Source of the DNA: Camelus dromedarius
Lineage: Eukaryota
DNA length: 64,000 bases
Direction: 5' to 3'
Assembly (NCBI RefSeq): GCF_036321535.1
Contig: NC_087437.1
Span: 26,290,001-26,354,000, forward strand
Position numbers and translations under genes: made by a program. This document shows, one piece after another, positions 38,101 to 52,447 of this stretch. Numbering within the stretch: the stretch's first letter is position 1; each line of letters begins with the position of its first letter. The notes beneath the pieces are model-generated. The model ran no database searches, was not told the DNA's origin, and saw nothing but the letters and a program-made list of their open reading frames with translations.

Positions 38101-40699
38101 GGCATATTTCCTTTACTTTCATCCTGCCTCAGGGTCACAGGAAGTCTAGTCTTTTACCTGGTTTACCTCCCAAATAGCGTCAAGAATCCCTGGGAACATT
38201 CTCCTGTCCCATAGGACCATCATGGTCATTGCCTCTGGCTCCAGGGAGAAAATCTCTGTGCAAAAACCTTCCTGCGAAGTCAGCACTGCCCTCTTACAGC
38301 AGGTTGCTGATATTCTCCATTGTACTGATTTCTTACGTCTGTACTCAACCTCTTTTCTTGGTCTCACGCCAGGCTGGTAAAACCAGACTACAACTTTTAA
38401 TATGATTTTGTTGAAGGTTCAGAAAAACAGAAGGAAAATACAACACAGAAGACAACCTATAATTCTTACTGGATGTGGCCTATATAACAATGTTCAGCCC
38501 CAGATCCTGGCAAGCCCCTCTCTGCCTAACTCCTGGCCAGCCATGATAAGACAGGGGCCAAATCTCCTTCCTCTTGCAGATGGCCCTTGAGTTTGTTTCT
38601 CTTAACTGGAATCCAGGCTTTCAAATGCCCTCAGGCCATGAGAGAAAGGAGTATGTCATAACTTCAATCAAAGCCCACCATGGTGTCCATCTCCAAATGA
38701 AAATGGGAATGTCCACTCCCTTCAGGGAATGAACACCTTTACTCAGGACAGCGTGGTTTTGACCTGAAAGGTAGTCAGGACTCAGGACATTTTCCACAGC
38801 CTGGATTCTTCAGCCTGGGAACAAAATCATGTATGGTGGTAGTAAGGGCCTCCTGTGGCCCACTCTAGGTCATATCTAGCCAAACCCAGGCCAGTTCCCT
38901 AAGATGCAAGGTGAGGCTCTGGCCTGAGCACCTTTCCTGGAGTTCTCAGGTTTGTTCTCCACTTCCTGTGAACAATCCCTTAAATAACAGTACGTATTAC
39001 ACTCCCCCCTGAACAAGTGAAATTTTACCTGGATAATGAACCCTAATACCATACTTACAAAGACACAGTACTGTAAGGGAATCATTATCTGAAGAAATTC
39101 AAGTTTCCTAAACACAGTGATCATTTTCATATTAGCAGCCAGAATAAATTTGCTCCTCAATGGAAAAAATCTCCATCTCAGAAATGATGTCTTGAGGTTT
39201 GATTCAAAATGACATGGGAGTGGGTGACACAAAGCAAAGTGGGTGGGGGTTTTGATGAAACAAAACTGGCCAGGAGTTGACTGTTACTGAAATTAAGTGT
39301 GAATATATGAGGCTCCATTCTACTGTTCTATCTGCTTATATATGTGCTTGAAATCTTCTATAGTTAAAAACAACAACAGCGTCTTTGCAGAGGGCTTGTC
39401 CATGATGTTTCATCACTGGAAGATCCCTCTTTGTTGTTTCCAGAGTACTGGAACTTGCAGCCCTGCAGATGAATTCAGTCTCCACCTCTTGCAAACAAGC
39501 TTCTCCCCTCCCTCCACAGACGATTCCGGAGATTTTAGGGCCAATACATACTCAATGCTCACGTTCTAGCTACTGAGTTCTTCCTCACCACAAGCACTCT
39601 CTTTAAAGGAACTTCTTGTTTTCAGCCCTAGGATGATGACGCCTGAGGGTCCTGTTCTCCTCTCACATGTCTAGGCATGCATGCCATCTTGCTAGGTATA
39701 AAGACAGAAGATTCAGTTTGAAATGGTCAAAGAAAACTCTACCTGTGCTATTTTATGCCTCTTTTTAAGAAGGATTTTACTGGTACAATTTGAATGGAAA
39801 GGAATCAGGTGAGGGTAGCTTGAAGAATGACCAGCTGGTCACCAGGTCAGGATAACATTGCTGGCCTTGGTAAAGTTTATGGCAGGGGCCTTGTTCTGAA
39901 ATGTGGTCCTCAGTTTTATAAACTCAGCAACTTAAACGTTAGCACACGCAGACACAATGAGACTCTAAGGGTTGATGAATGCCAATAAATTAACTTGCAG
40001 TGGGAAACATAACTACAAGCAGACCCCAAATCCATGTTTGCTGGTTAGTACATTTCCTACTATGGGAAAACTTTTATACAAAGCCAAATTATAATCAAAA
40101 AGGTGTTTGGTAAGAGCAAGTTCTAGAACAGTGAATTTTCAACTAGGCAGAGTTACCATCCCCTGAGGGATGGGTAGAGGGAAGGGGACTCTTAGGAGAA
40201 TTTTTGTGTGTGTGGTGGTTGGTTTTTTGCTTTTTTTTTTGAAGACTACGTCATTAGAAATGGCATAACCAGTATTATAATTTAATAATATATTTTAGGG
40301 GTGAACTTTAAACCCTATTGCTTTCATAATGAAAATTTTAAAAAGCAAAGATAAACAGAATTCTTCTTGGCTAGTGACACTCAGCTTGGAGGGTGGCAAT
40401 CCACAAATGAGACTCTCTGGAGGGTCTAAGATTTTTTGTTTTTCAAAATGCGTCAAGAAAATGTGTTCATTGAGGCACTAAGCAAAAGCCATTTCATGAA
40501 GCAAATTACATTTGCAGGATCCAAATCAAATTTTCTGTTCTCAAGTTCTTTCTCAACAGTTTTGTGATGAATATAATCTTACTCAGTTTATTATTAGTCA
40601 CTAGCTGTAGGAACTGATGGAAGATATCTATGCTACTTCTAAAGTGGTATGTACTTTACAGTCTAGCATACAGTATAAAACTATGAAGTACTATCACAG

Positions 40700-41175
40700 T
40701 TTCATGACCAAATTCTGCAGCCAGGCCAAATCTGTGTGGTTACAGCAGACATCTGGTTTCAGCACTGACTTTTCTCCCCTCTTGCTTCCCTCTGTACACT
40801 TGGGGATTGCTGTGGTTCCTGGGAAGAGTACTTCACCCTTGTGCTAGTACATCTCAACCCCTCAACACAGCAATTGGTTTGTAACCTACACCAGTCCAAT
40901 CAGAGTCAATCTGAGAACTTTTTCTAATAATGATACCAGGACAAAGATGGGTTCACTTTCCAGGTCCCTTTTGCAGCCATCTTTGGCCATGAGGAGGGCC
41001 TAAATCAGGAGAAAGCCAACACCAAGACAAATAAGAGAAACAGAAAGATGTGGAGTAACTGGGGACATCACTGGGCCATCAGATCAAGTTTGCCTAAAAC
41101 CAACACTGCCTCTGGACTTGACAGTTACTTGTTTCAATGCATTCTTTTTACTATTTCAGACAATTTTAGTTGTAG
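40700..41175 (+). mobile_element. Old MLT1-type MaLR LTR
   Basis: ccagtccaatcagagtc...gcagccatctttggccatgagg...aaagccaacacc...gccatcagatcaagtttgcctaaaacc...ctctggactt. Confidence 0.55.
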
Positions 41176-41284
41176 CTGAAATCACTAGTTGGTGGATCAG
41201 GATTGTTTACACGTCTTCTTCGTCAACAGGCTCAAAAATCAGTCAATGAAGCAAGTCACAGAGGAAAAGACTCCAGTAACCGTC

Positions 41285-41445
41285 ACGTTCTTAACTTTGT
41301 CGTGCATCAGAATCATGCAGACAGCCTTTACAAATCTCAGGCCAATTAAATGAGAATCTATGAAGGTGGGGCTCAGGAAACAGAATTTTTAAATGTCCCC
41401 ACCAAGGGATACCAAAGGGTAGCCTCAGCTGAGAACCACTGGTCT
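41285..41445. mobile_element. MER5-like hAT MITE
   Basis: gttcttaactttgtcgtgcatcagaatca...ggggctcaggaa...ttttaaatgtcccc...ctgagaaccactggtcta. Confidence 0.6.
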
Positions 41446-41689
41446 AAGTAAATATCTAGCTCTGTCCATTCAATGGAATCTGCAGACCAAATGTCCTAAA
41501 TATGTCTTTTCACTAAAGAGGGGAGGAGGGGAAAGGCTGACACGTAATTTGTGTTGCGAGGTTAATGCAAACCATACTTGTGTGACAGAGAAGCAAAATT
41601 TATTTCGAGCCATGTTTTATCTTTAAAATGTATGCAAATTTTGTACTCTATTTCATATTAGTTTCTCTCTTTCCCTTTCTCCCTTTAGC

Positions 41690-43825
41690 ATATAATAGGA
41701 ACTTACCATGTACCAGTCACAGTGACATACCAGGATACAGAGGAAAACACAGTTCCTATAATCCAGAAGAAATAGGTAATTAACCTAGTAATTACAAGAA
41801 AACCTGTTGACTCTATGATAAGGGCAGTTCAGGGCACTATGTAAACAGAACATGGGCTCCTAACCTCCTGGAGAAAATGATGTTTAATCTAAAACCAGAG
41901 GAATGCCTCTGAGTTACCTTGGTAGACGGCAGATCAGGATCCAGACAGTGAAAATAAAGGAACTGAAAGAAAATAGCAGAGAAAAGAATTCAAGAGACAT
42001 AAGGCTAGAGATAGAGGCAGGAACCAGGACTTTATCCCAAAAGCAATGCAAATCAACTTGAAATTTTAAGCATTCAAAGGATGTAATTTCTCTTTGGAAG
42101 ATAATTCAGGCTGCTGCATAGGAAATGCATGGGGTGGGGGAAAGGGGGAACTTAATAAAAGGAAGTGAGTGAAACCAGTTAACTGGGGAAATTGATAGGA
42201 CTTGGTAAATGACCAGCTGTGATGAGTGAAGGGGAGAGAGAGAGGCCAAGAGTGACACATGCCTCTGGTCTGAGCAACTGTGTGGATGGCAATGTCATTT
42301 CTTGAATAAGGAACACTAGAAGAACAAGATTGTAGGAGATGAGTTGAATTTTGTTCATCCTGTGTTTAAAGTACCTTTTAGACATCTAAAGGCAGATAGC
42401 TGATAAGTAATTATTTATGTCTCAAGTTCAGGAGAGTGATATGGGCTAGAGATCTATAGCTGATAGTCATCAGCAAATTGATGATAAGAGAATGAACCAA
42501 ATTACCTGGTTTAAGTCTGTAGAGAGAAATGGCTTAGGGCAAAGCTCTACTGAACACCTACAACTAAGAGGACAGTAGATGACAGAGTCTTGCAAAGAAG
42601 AATGAGAATACATTGCTAGAGATGTGGGAGGCAAAACAGGAGAGTGTTTGGGGAAAAAAAAGGATGATGAAGGGTGTATTTTTTAGAAAGAGAGAGTGAT
42701 CAATGATGTCAAGTGCTGCTGAAAGATCTAGTAAAATGAGGACTGAAAAATGTACGTTGGCTTTAGCAACATGAAAGATCCTGGAAATGATACTGGGAAT
42801 GGCTTGGGAAGGGAAGGTAAACTTTTTCAGAAGTTTCTAAAATGGAGAAGAGAGAAAGTGTATGGTAACTAGAGGAGGATGTGGGTCAAGGGATATTAAG
42901 ATGAGATAAATTGGGAAAAAAAATTTTTTTTAATGGGAGGAAATCAGAAAGATGGATGAGTAGAAAACAGAAGAAAAGTGTCAAGATACTAAAAAGAATG
43001 GGACCCAGACATGTGAGGAATGCCTCTTCTACTGGAAGAGGAGAGAAAGAATACTGATGCAGAGAACAGTGAGGATTGTAGATCTGTGGCTCAGAAATGG
43101 AGAGGATTCCTATCTGATCACTTCTAGTTGTTCTGTGAAGGACTCAGTCATCGACAGAGAATGAGAGGGGGTGGTGGGTGGGTCAGAGGTTTCAGGGGAG
43201 TGGAGAAGTTTTGAAATAGTTGTTGAAAATGGGAGACAGCTGCCTAGGGAAACAGTAGGCTGGTCAGGCAGTGCTAAGGGTTTAACTGAGATTGATGATC
43301 ATTAATGTATAACCACAGTAGTCTGTGTGCTTTGCCTTATTTTTTCCTGTGGATCAGCAGCCCACGAACCAGCAAGAAAAGAGATGGACAGCTGAATTTA
43401 TATACCGTGGGCAAGACAGATGCAATGGAAGGTGCACCAGAAAGGATTTAGAATACTGGCAGTGATAGGTTGTGAATCCAGCTGGATAGGGGAGGAAATA
43501 TATATAGGCAGAGGCTGTTAAATAGAGAGGGAAAGATAAGAGAATTGAAGGTCCATTTGAAGCTGAAAAACTGGGGTGTTGGAGGTTAGCTGACCAATAA
43601 GCTGGATAGATTTCAGAGGATGAGATGTCTGAAATTTTGATTTCAGAAGTAGAACAGTTCAGATGGGGACCAGGACCAGAGTGTAGTACAATGGAAGCAA
43701 GTGGCTGAAAGAAATGGAAATGAGATCAATGAAACATGAAGCCAAGTTTCTGGATGGCTCATCCACATACCCAGTTTGACGGAAGGACTTGGGGCAGAAG
43801 AACACTCGGAAGCTAAAGGCCCCAC
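41690..43825 (-). mobile_element. L2 LINE (long, degraded)
   Basis: Purine-rich reverse L2 motifs: ggtctgagcaactgtgtggatgg, gagttgaattttgttcatcctgtgtttaaagtacc, gtcaagtgctgctgaaagatctagtaaaatgaggactgaaaaatg. Confidence 0.75.
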
Positions 43826-43829
43826 ATAA

Positions 43830-44325
43830 TCTTGCCACTGCCCATTCCTCTGACCCCTTCTATCTTCATTTAGCTCCAGCCACATGAACCTCCTTGTACT
43901 TCCTCAGACACTTCAAGCTCATCCTCACCTCTGGGCATTGGCATAAACTCTTCTTTCTGCCTTGATTACTCTTCTTCCAAAAACTCCATATCTCACCCTC
44001 TCACCTCATTCAGGTTTCTGCTCCAGCATCACCTCTTCAGAGCTTTCTCTGACCAGTCGACCTAAGATAGTAGCTCTCAACTCCATCCCCTCACTCTAAC
44101 CCCTAATCTGTTTTTATTTTTCTTGACAGCATTTAGCAAAACCTAAAATTATAATATACATTTATTCCCTTTATTATCCATCACCCCACTAGAATGTAAG
44201 CTCAATCAGGGCACTGGTTTTCTCTTGTCCCCACTGTATTCTCAGCACCTAAAACAGACTGTGGAATACAGCAGGAGTTCAATAAATACTTGCTGGACAA
44301 ATGGATGGATGGATAGATGAATAGA
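43830..44325 (+). mobile_element. L2a 3' end
   Basis: gctccagccacatgaacctccttgtacttcctc...ctagaatgtaagctc...tcaataaatacttgctggacaaatggatggatgga. Confidence 0.8.
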
Positions 44326-46509
44326 AAAAAGGAAGACTCATATGAAAGGCAGCTATAAATGATAAAGAGGGCATGGCTGAACAGCATAAGTTCTAATGAG
44401 CTAGGGCTCTGAAACAAGAGTGAAAGGAGAAAGTTTGAAAGATAAATGACACTGGCACCTCCAACCCCCTCATTCCTGAAACACCCAAGGCTCCAGAGAA
44501 CAACCACCTCCACTAGAACTTAAGGCAAAAGGAAAACGAGGTCCTAAGGGAAGGAGCAGATCCAAGGCTGCAGTGACAGGGGTTCATCCTACACAGGGGC
44601 CCACAAAAGCAGCAGCCACAACCCACACCATAGCTCCTGCTTACCAAAGTGCAGCTTCTGATTTTCCACTTTTATGCCTTTGCTCATGTTCATTTCCTGC
44701 TCAGAACGCCTGCCTTGCTGGTCTGTCTGCTCAAATCCTACCCTTCTCTCAACAACTCAGAAACATGCTTCTGACCACTCTAGGCTGAAGTGCTTTTTCT
44801 CTACCCTGAAGTTCCACAGAGAATAGATTATATACTATTCACCCATCATTCTTATTTACTCACTCATTTGTTCATTAATTTCTTCATCTATGGTGTAACA
44901 GGTACTATTCCAAGCACTGCTTCCTTTCATAATTACTGTTTTGTTTTTATCTCATTTCTACAACAAACTATAATATACTAACTAAAAGGATAACAATGAA
45001 ACCACAAGATTGTTACAAGTTCTAAGAAAACAGTTTATAGCTACAACAGACAAGATAGAGAAAACAAATAACAGAAATAGTAGAGTATTAGAAGGATGTT
45101 AATTAAGGTTTTATGTTGAATCCTATTTCCCTAATCAGACTATGAGATCCCATGTTCCAGTCAATCTATACCCAAAGTAATGCCTAACTTTCAGATGTGT
45201 GACAATTTGCAGTTATTTTACAAAAATCCATTTTATGAAATAAAGTATCCAATTTTACAAAATAAATCTAATTGTACTGTTATCCCGTGCAGCATTTAGG
45301 GTTATTTATTTACTTAAGCAGAAAATGAGTTTATTGGACATGTATTAGGTACCCTGCAGAATCAAGGGGCAGCTGTTGTCCTTAAAGGACACAAACAGGA
45401 GCATCTTTGTGAGGCCGTGTAACAGGTCATCGAGCATCTTGCAGGGCTGCCACTAAAATGAATTTGTGTTAACCATTCTGCGTCCTCAGGTTTCAAAGCC
45501 CCAGGAGAGAGACTTATAGGTGCAGCATGAATAGCAGAGGGTACATGGTCTCTTGTTTGACAGTCCCATCAAACTGTATTCAGTTGGAAAGAAATTATTC
45601 TCCAAATGTAAATTGGGGCATAATTACAATGATCAAGGGGAAAAAAGTGCCTTCTTGATGCCCCAAGTGAGAATCGTTCACTTCCTCTCTTATGTATGTA
45701 GAGCTCCTTATTTGTTGCATCTTTTCTGATGCCTACTCACATTCTGATTGAATCAATGTTATTCACATAACTTTTCATTTCCTCCACTAGCTTACGAGCC
45801 CCACAAGGCAGTGGCAGCAGCAGCTGCATCATTTAGAGAACAGTGCACTAGAGATCCCCTAGTGCGCTGTTTCAAAATTCATTTAGAAATATTCTGAGTG
45901 AATTTAAGCAAAAGTAAATGCCGCCTTCTCTATTCTATTATAGACAATTTTTCTAAATTTTTAATAGTTTTACCTTTCTAATGTGAAAAACATACAAAAT
46001 GAATAAGGAAAGACGTAAATCCTCCCTAGTTGCTTTTCTATCCTCCCTAAATCTGTAAAATGCCCATAGAACATCCCTCATTTCAGTAAGAAATCTTTTT
46101 TTTTTTTTGACAGTGATGTCAGTGGTTTATTGGACAGAGGGAAATTTTTTTAATTAAAATAAAAAAAGGATATAATATGAATCTAAGTTTCTTTGGAGCT
46201 GACTCAGTTAAGAGTCCTTTGAAGTTTAGCCAACCAGCTCCCTACCTGGTATAACTTTTGAATAAGGCTAGAAATAAAATGCTCAGTTCAATGGAGACTA
46301 ACTCTACTAATAACTAGCTAGGAAGAAGTGCTCAGACTTTTCTAGCTTGTATCTGTGAAGATAATTCTAGAAAACCATCATTGTAGAAAATATACTACTC
46401 ATCTGTCAGAAGTTCTCTTACAAACACTATAAAATAAAATGCAACAGATTCATTCCATAGTAAGACCAGGAATAAGGCTCGATCAAATACTGTAAACAGC
46501 AAGGTAATG

Positions 46510-46885
46510 TGCATAGAGCAGAATGTTATTCAGTCATAAAAAGGTATAAAGTACTGATAGGTGCTACAATGTGAACATTGAAAACATTATGCTAAGTGAA
46601 AGAAGCCAGACACAAAAAGCCATATATTGTATAATTCTACTTATATGAAGTGTCCAGAAGAGGCAAATCCACAGAGAGTAGATTAGTGGTTGCCAGGGGC
46701 TAGAGGGAGAAGAAAGTGGCAAGTGACTGTTAATGGGTATCCTTTGGGAGTAATGAAAATGTTCTGTAATCAGGTAGTGGTGACAGTTGCACAACTTTGT
46801 GAATATTGTAAAACCCACTGAATTGCACACTTTGAAAGAGTGAATTTTATGTTATGTGAATTATTTCTCAAAAAATAATTTTTAA
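46510..46885 (+). mobile_element. L1MB-type 3' end
   Basis: aaacattatgctaagtgaaagaagccagacacaaaa...gattagtggttgccagggg...ggtgacagttgcacaactttgtgaatat...gtgaattatttctcaaaaaa. Confidence 0.85.
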
Positions 46886-49800
46886 AAGGGAGAGAGGGAG
46901 GAGGCTTAATAAGAGGTTTGGCATGAAAATAAATCGTTCTAAGGGCCTATGAAAGGCATGGAATTTGGTGTTTATGTCTAGGCAAAGAGTGGAACAAAAA
47001 AAGCATAGAAAAGTATACCCAATAATTACACCCTTAAGAGCCTAAAAGTTTTTAAAAAGGTTTTAATTACATTGCTCATATTGTGAGACAAATCATTTCG
47101 CCTTTTTGGAAAGTATATGGTGACTTGCTCATTTTTTTTTTTAGGTACTAAAAAAATTGCCTACAGCCTTTCTTAGTTCTTTTAGTCTATGAATTGTGCA
47201 ACAGTCTAGCTGCAAATCGAGTAATTTTATTATGTTGCAGCTCTTAGAAACTCACTTGAGCTTATTAAGAACCTTTTATTTATTTGGAATAAAAGCACAG
47301 GGTTTGCAGTGTATGCCAGGAAATCATACCCTAACCATCTGTACTTGCTCCAGTGAAACTCAAAGACTTCCCTGGATTTTCTTTTCCTCATTCTCTAAAT
47401 TTTAATCTGTGTGTTTTTAGCCTTTGAGTTAACTGAGAAGCCTTTTCGTTCTGTGAACTAAGCACATTCCTTCAAAACCACAGGCATCCACTTCTCATTG
47501 GATTTATGACAATCACAACATTGGCATGCAGGTATTAAAAAAACTCAATTTGCTTTTCCCATCACACCTCTGGTTACCTCAGGGAACACCTCTTCAATGG
47601 AAAAGGAGTAAAGATAATTTCTGCCATCCAAACCCTATCCAAGTATTTCACAGTTCTGTCGTGATCTAGCCTTTCCTCTGCACATTTCTACAGCTCAAGC
47701 CATTTACCTTCCAAAAGAACATGGAGTTTCAAGAAAAAGTGCTTCCAACAGACAGCAGCCCAAAGGAATTTCCCTTCTTCAGAACAGCCCTCTTAGGATA
47801 TTCCCTTCTGCAGCCTGATGAGTTTACGAATTAAATTATTTTCAAAGCTGGAATGGCCTTAGAGCACTCTAAACTTTAGGACTTTATCCTTTGTTCCACA
47901 CACAACATGGATCACTCTAAGCATTTAATAAATATTTAACACAACTGAGTCAGTGGTCTTATAAAAAAGAGATATAAAAGGTTTTAAAATTTGCTTTGTT
48001 TTTCCTATCAACACAATGCCACATATAAATGGGTAGATTATAGGTCAAAGTAAAAGAGAAAAGAGCAAGAAAAATTAAGGAAAAAAGAGCTAAAAAATCT
48101 CATATGGTTTGTGAGAAAGGGCAGAAACTCTTTTCTATGTTTCCTCTCGTTTTAGCTGGATCTTGAGTAGACTGGTCTACAAGAGAAGACACGATAACTG
48201 CAGGAGAGGAAAATGAAAATTGTAGTCTTTGAAACTAAAAAAACATCAATTTAGGTTCAAGTGCAATAAAAGAGTTTGGCCTCCCACTCTGATAGTACAT
48301 AATTAGCAATATTTCTAATGATAACACACATAATTTACATTATAATTATAAAAAATTTATCATATAAAAAGTTACTTGGGTTTAAAATGGCAACAACCTG
48401 AGTAGAAGCCAAGTTTCAGAGTGTATTAATGTGGATTATTTGTATTCCTGATGCTCCTTTAGGCCCACTAAGGAAATAAAATTACCTTCCTTTTATTTCC
48501 CCATTATGGCAAGTAGAATCTTATAGACTCCAGGCTCTCAAACTTAATTAAGTCATTTGAGTTCCTGGGCAGAGAGGACTGGACCTGTATAAACACAGAA
48601 CAAAGAGCCAACACTACTATTCAGCGATCAAATCACTAAATATATATATTTTAGTGCCATAAGGTGTATCATTGTTTCCTCATCTACAAAATACACTATT
48701 TTGCAAAGCTGAGAAATAATGGGCTTCTTACGTTCTTTTAATTGAAACATTGCTTTCAAAGTTTGTAAAGCTCACTGAAGTAACCACATTAATGGTGAAG
48801 CTGGGCTTGCTTGTTTAGTTTTTTTAAGGAAAGCATTTAGGTTTAAACATAACAGTCATGGTGGTTTTAAAAAATGAATACATTTAAACTAGAGGCAATG
48901 TAATACAATATCCTTTTTACCAAAATATTTCCTACCATAGTGAAAGAAAGGAAAAGAGATGAGAGTAACCCATTACTATGGAAACTGTGGAAGGGTAAGC
49001 TAAAGAGGGACTTAAACATATATTTTAAAAAACAAGTACAAAATAGAGTGAGGAAATTATAGCAGGGAGACTTTAATGCAGCAGCTGACAGATCTTCCTT
49101 ACCGTGAAGGCTGTGAAAAACTACAAAGAAGTATTATATGTTTTCCTTTGGAGATAAAAAACAACAGATAATTCTCCATTTCAATATAATATTACTTAGA
49201 AAAAGAGACCTGGCTTAGCTAATGTCTTCGGATTTCCATACTTCTTTCACTAGTGTGGAGAAAGGCAGAAAAAAGACTCTTGACCAAGCCTATAGGTAAA
49301 ACCCTCAGACTGTCTACCTGAGTCCTTTGGGGACTAAGTCATTTTGAATAGCTGAGTTTTCTGGAGAGCTATATGAGTATCATTCTAAGAATTAAAATTT
49401 TCAATCCAAGTCCTACTAAAAACGTATTTAAATTCCCTGATCTTTTTTCTTCTTCTTTTAGACTTCAAAAAATTTTTTTAATATTATGAGTTATTCAAAC
49501 ACATTACAGAAATTAAGAAGGAAAAGAAACAGCTATAATCTTACCACCCAGAAAGTACCAGGCAACATTTTCTCTGTTTAATAGAGTATATTAGACTGAA
49601 CTCAAGGCTACAAAATAATGAGATCCTCAGTCTACACAAGTATTTTCTAAAGCCCAACACTATGCTAAACACTCTACATACATGGTTTTATTTAGTCCCT
49701 ATCAGCCAATGAGGTAGGTGTCATTATTCTTATTTTAGAGATGAAGAAAACAAGGCTTTGGGAATTTATCAAGGACCCATAAGAAGCCACAAAACCTAAA

Positions 49801-51294
49801 TTCAAACCCTTCTGTCCACCTCCAAAGACTGATCTCTTAACTTTCTCGTACATTTATACCTTAAAGGGCCACATACTGCTATAAATTTTAATGGCTCCCA
49901 CACATGCATTCTTTACACACAATCTTTATGATTTTTTCAAACTTTCTTTAGTATCAGGCTCTCATTTTCAGTTTTCAAAGAAGTATATTTTCTTCCTATG
50001 GTATCCCTACCACCTTTCCAGTTTGCTGCTTTATATTTGCCTAAGTTTAGAAACATCAGTAACAAAACAAGCCTATCGGAATCTGGTGAAACACAAAGGA
50101 GACCCTCAGTGGGTGAAGTTTATACAGACTTTGTGATTACACATATTGATTATTCCTTATTCACAGCTCTGTTCTGAGAGATGAGATGTTACTATTCTGG
50201 ATTTGAGACATAAAGGATATGGCACCTAAGTCTAAATGTGCATCAGCAAATCCTTCAAAAAATCAGCATACTAATAATCCGTAATGTTTTAATAAACATT
50301 GAGATAGTTATTGATGGAAAGGCAAATCCTAGAATCACGAAACCTGGTCCCATAGGAGAGCAGAATACTGACTGCATATGCAGAAAATACCTTCATATAC
50401 AAGCTACAAGAAAAATCAAATGGGCCATGAAACAAACAAGGCACACAGGGTGTGGAATGTTCAAATAAGAACAGGAAGAGGCTCATTAGATGACCTCAAA
50501 AAAAGGTGAGCCCCAGGTTCAAAAGGAAGTTAGAAGACTGCTCTCAACTCACTCTGGTCCAAAGAGGTGAAGAAGGCAGTACATCAGAAAGAATATGGAA
50601 CTATGGAGAAAGAAGGCCAGGAGAGTTTAATACAAATAAAAGGACTAACACAGGCTTTGTTGTTTTGTTTGGGGTAAGAAAGAGTGGAGACAGAGGTAGA
50701 AGAAAGACTGCCCTGCAAGGACACAGGGATATTATTTCAATCTTGGCTGGAGTCAGCCCTGCTTATCTCTCACCAAATGTGGACAAATCAGAAGTCTCAC
50801 AGAGCTATTTTTATCATATAAGCTTGGCAGGCATGTTGCTTTTAAGCTGATGACATATTCAACCATTTCCTGTAATATATAAAGTTTCCTTTTGTTTGTG
50901 AGGTTGTTAATATGAAAGCTTCATTAATTGAGTTATCACTGTAATTAAAAATGATCTGATTTTGGTTTGCTAATATCTGATATTACAGTTATTTTGCAAC
51001 TGCAGAACATATATACCTATGGGAAGAGGTGGCTCAGATGCCTGCAGAGGACAATGGTTGGCAACATCAATTGTGCTTTTCTTCCACTGTCCTGTTTCCT
51101 GCTAGGCTCTCTCTTAAGAGAAAGAAGAAACACGATGTCACTTTGACCTGGAAATCTCTAATTCTTAGAAGGCAAAGCACCGATAGAGCCTAGAATATAC
51201 CTTGGAGTCTGATGTTCCTAAAGGTCTCCACGGATTGCTCCGTGGGATGAGATTCTCAGAGTCAAGGCCTTGGATAGATATTTAAGACTGAACC

Positions 51295-51508
51295 TCGACT
51301 ATAACTCAATAAAACAAAATTTTTAAAAAATGCATTTTAAAGCATTCTACCTAATAATTTTATTTATAATTGTCAAATATTCCAAATTCACAAAAAATTC
51401 TAAAAATAAGAGGCTTATATGAAACCACCACCTGTATCAAATGTTAACAAAAAATATTATTATTTTTAAATGGTTGAAAAATAAATTTCAAAACATACTT
51501 AAAAAAAA
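51295..51508 (+). mobile_element. Retrotransposed insertion: about 20-bp L1 3' terminus plus putative 3'-transduced flank plus poly(A)
   Basis: TSD aagactgaacc at 51284-51294 and 51509-51519. Starts tcgactataactcaataaaa, like the L1 tail at about 24375. Second AATAAA at 51480-51485, 15 nt before the A10 run at 51501-51510. Confidence 0.7.
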
Positions 51509-52079
51509 AAGACTGAACCCCAATTTCCACACTTCCATATGATTTTTCTCTTTAAGTCTGCTACTCTTTAAAAGCATCCCTGTCTCCTTAAGTTTCCCTG
51601 TGTCCTTGAACTCCATGAGGCTGAACCGACACATCAGAATCTGAGTGTTTCAGGCTAATAGCTTAGTTACTTACTAAAAGACAAAAGAAAACAAAAATCA
51701 AGTTTGTAAGGAAGAAGGGATATTTGCTTGGAATGTAGTAAACATGGCCTCTCTTTGCCCTCTTTATACTTTCTCTTAGATGCTTTGGGTATTAGGGAAA
51801 AAAAGTAGTCCTTGATAAAATGCAATACAGTCACAAAAATCTGAGTACTATTTAAGCTTATTAGCCATGACAACTTAAACTTAAGCAATATGGTAAGTAC
51901 TTAACTATCTTCATATGCAAAGAAAAATGCATGAACTGCCTAAACAATATAGCATTTAAAAAAATTCATATTCACTTTTAACTATTCTGTGGCTATTAAT
52001 ATCATGGAGTGCTTTTAAAGTTCAAAAACATTAAACTGTCTAGAAATATTCTGAATAGTAATAGTATTACATTATGAAT

Positions 52080-52085
52080 TTTATT
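52080..52085 (-). terminator. COMMD2: Candidate proximal polyadenylation signal (AATAAA) for COMMD2
   Basis: Minus-strand AATAAA about 360 nt after the stop; usage not demonstrable from sequence. Confidence 0.4.
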
Positions 52086-52447
52086 TTCAATTTTAGGTCA
52101 ATAAGGAGGAAAATAATAAAGTAAGTAGTCAAAAGAAGCATCAAAAAAAAGGATAGTCATTTATGTATACAGAGGATTTAAAGAGTATAGATTCACTTCC
52201 AGTTGATTCAATCCTATTCACACATTGAAAATATAAAATATATCTTGATTGTCAAGAAGCCGACCACATTTAGCACCAGGAAAGGAACTCTGCTTAGCTT
52301 TTGATCATGACTTCAATGTCTTAACGTGGGAAAAGAAATTTTTACGAAATCTCTATGTATTTATCACTATCAATTCATAAAAAATTAATTTTGAAAAGTA
52401 TCTTATATATTATCAATTCACAAGTGATTCAAACCTTAAAACTGGGA

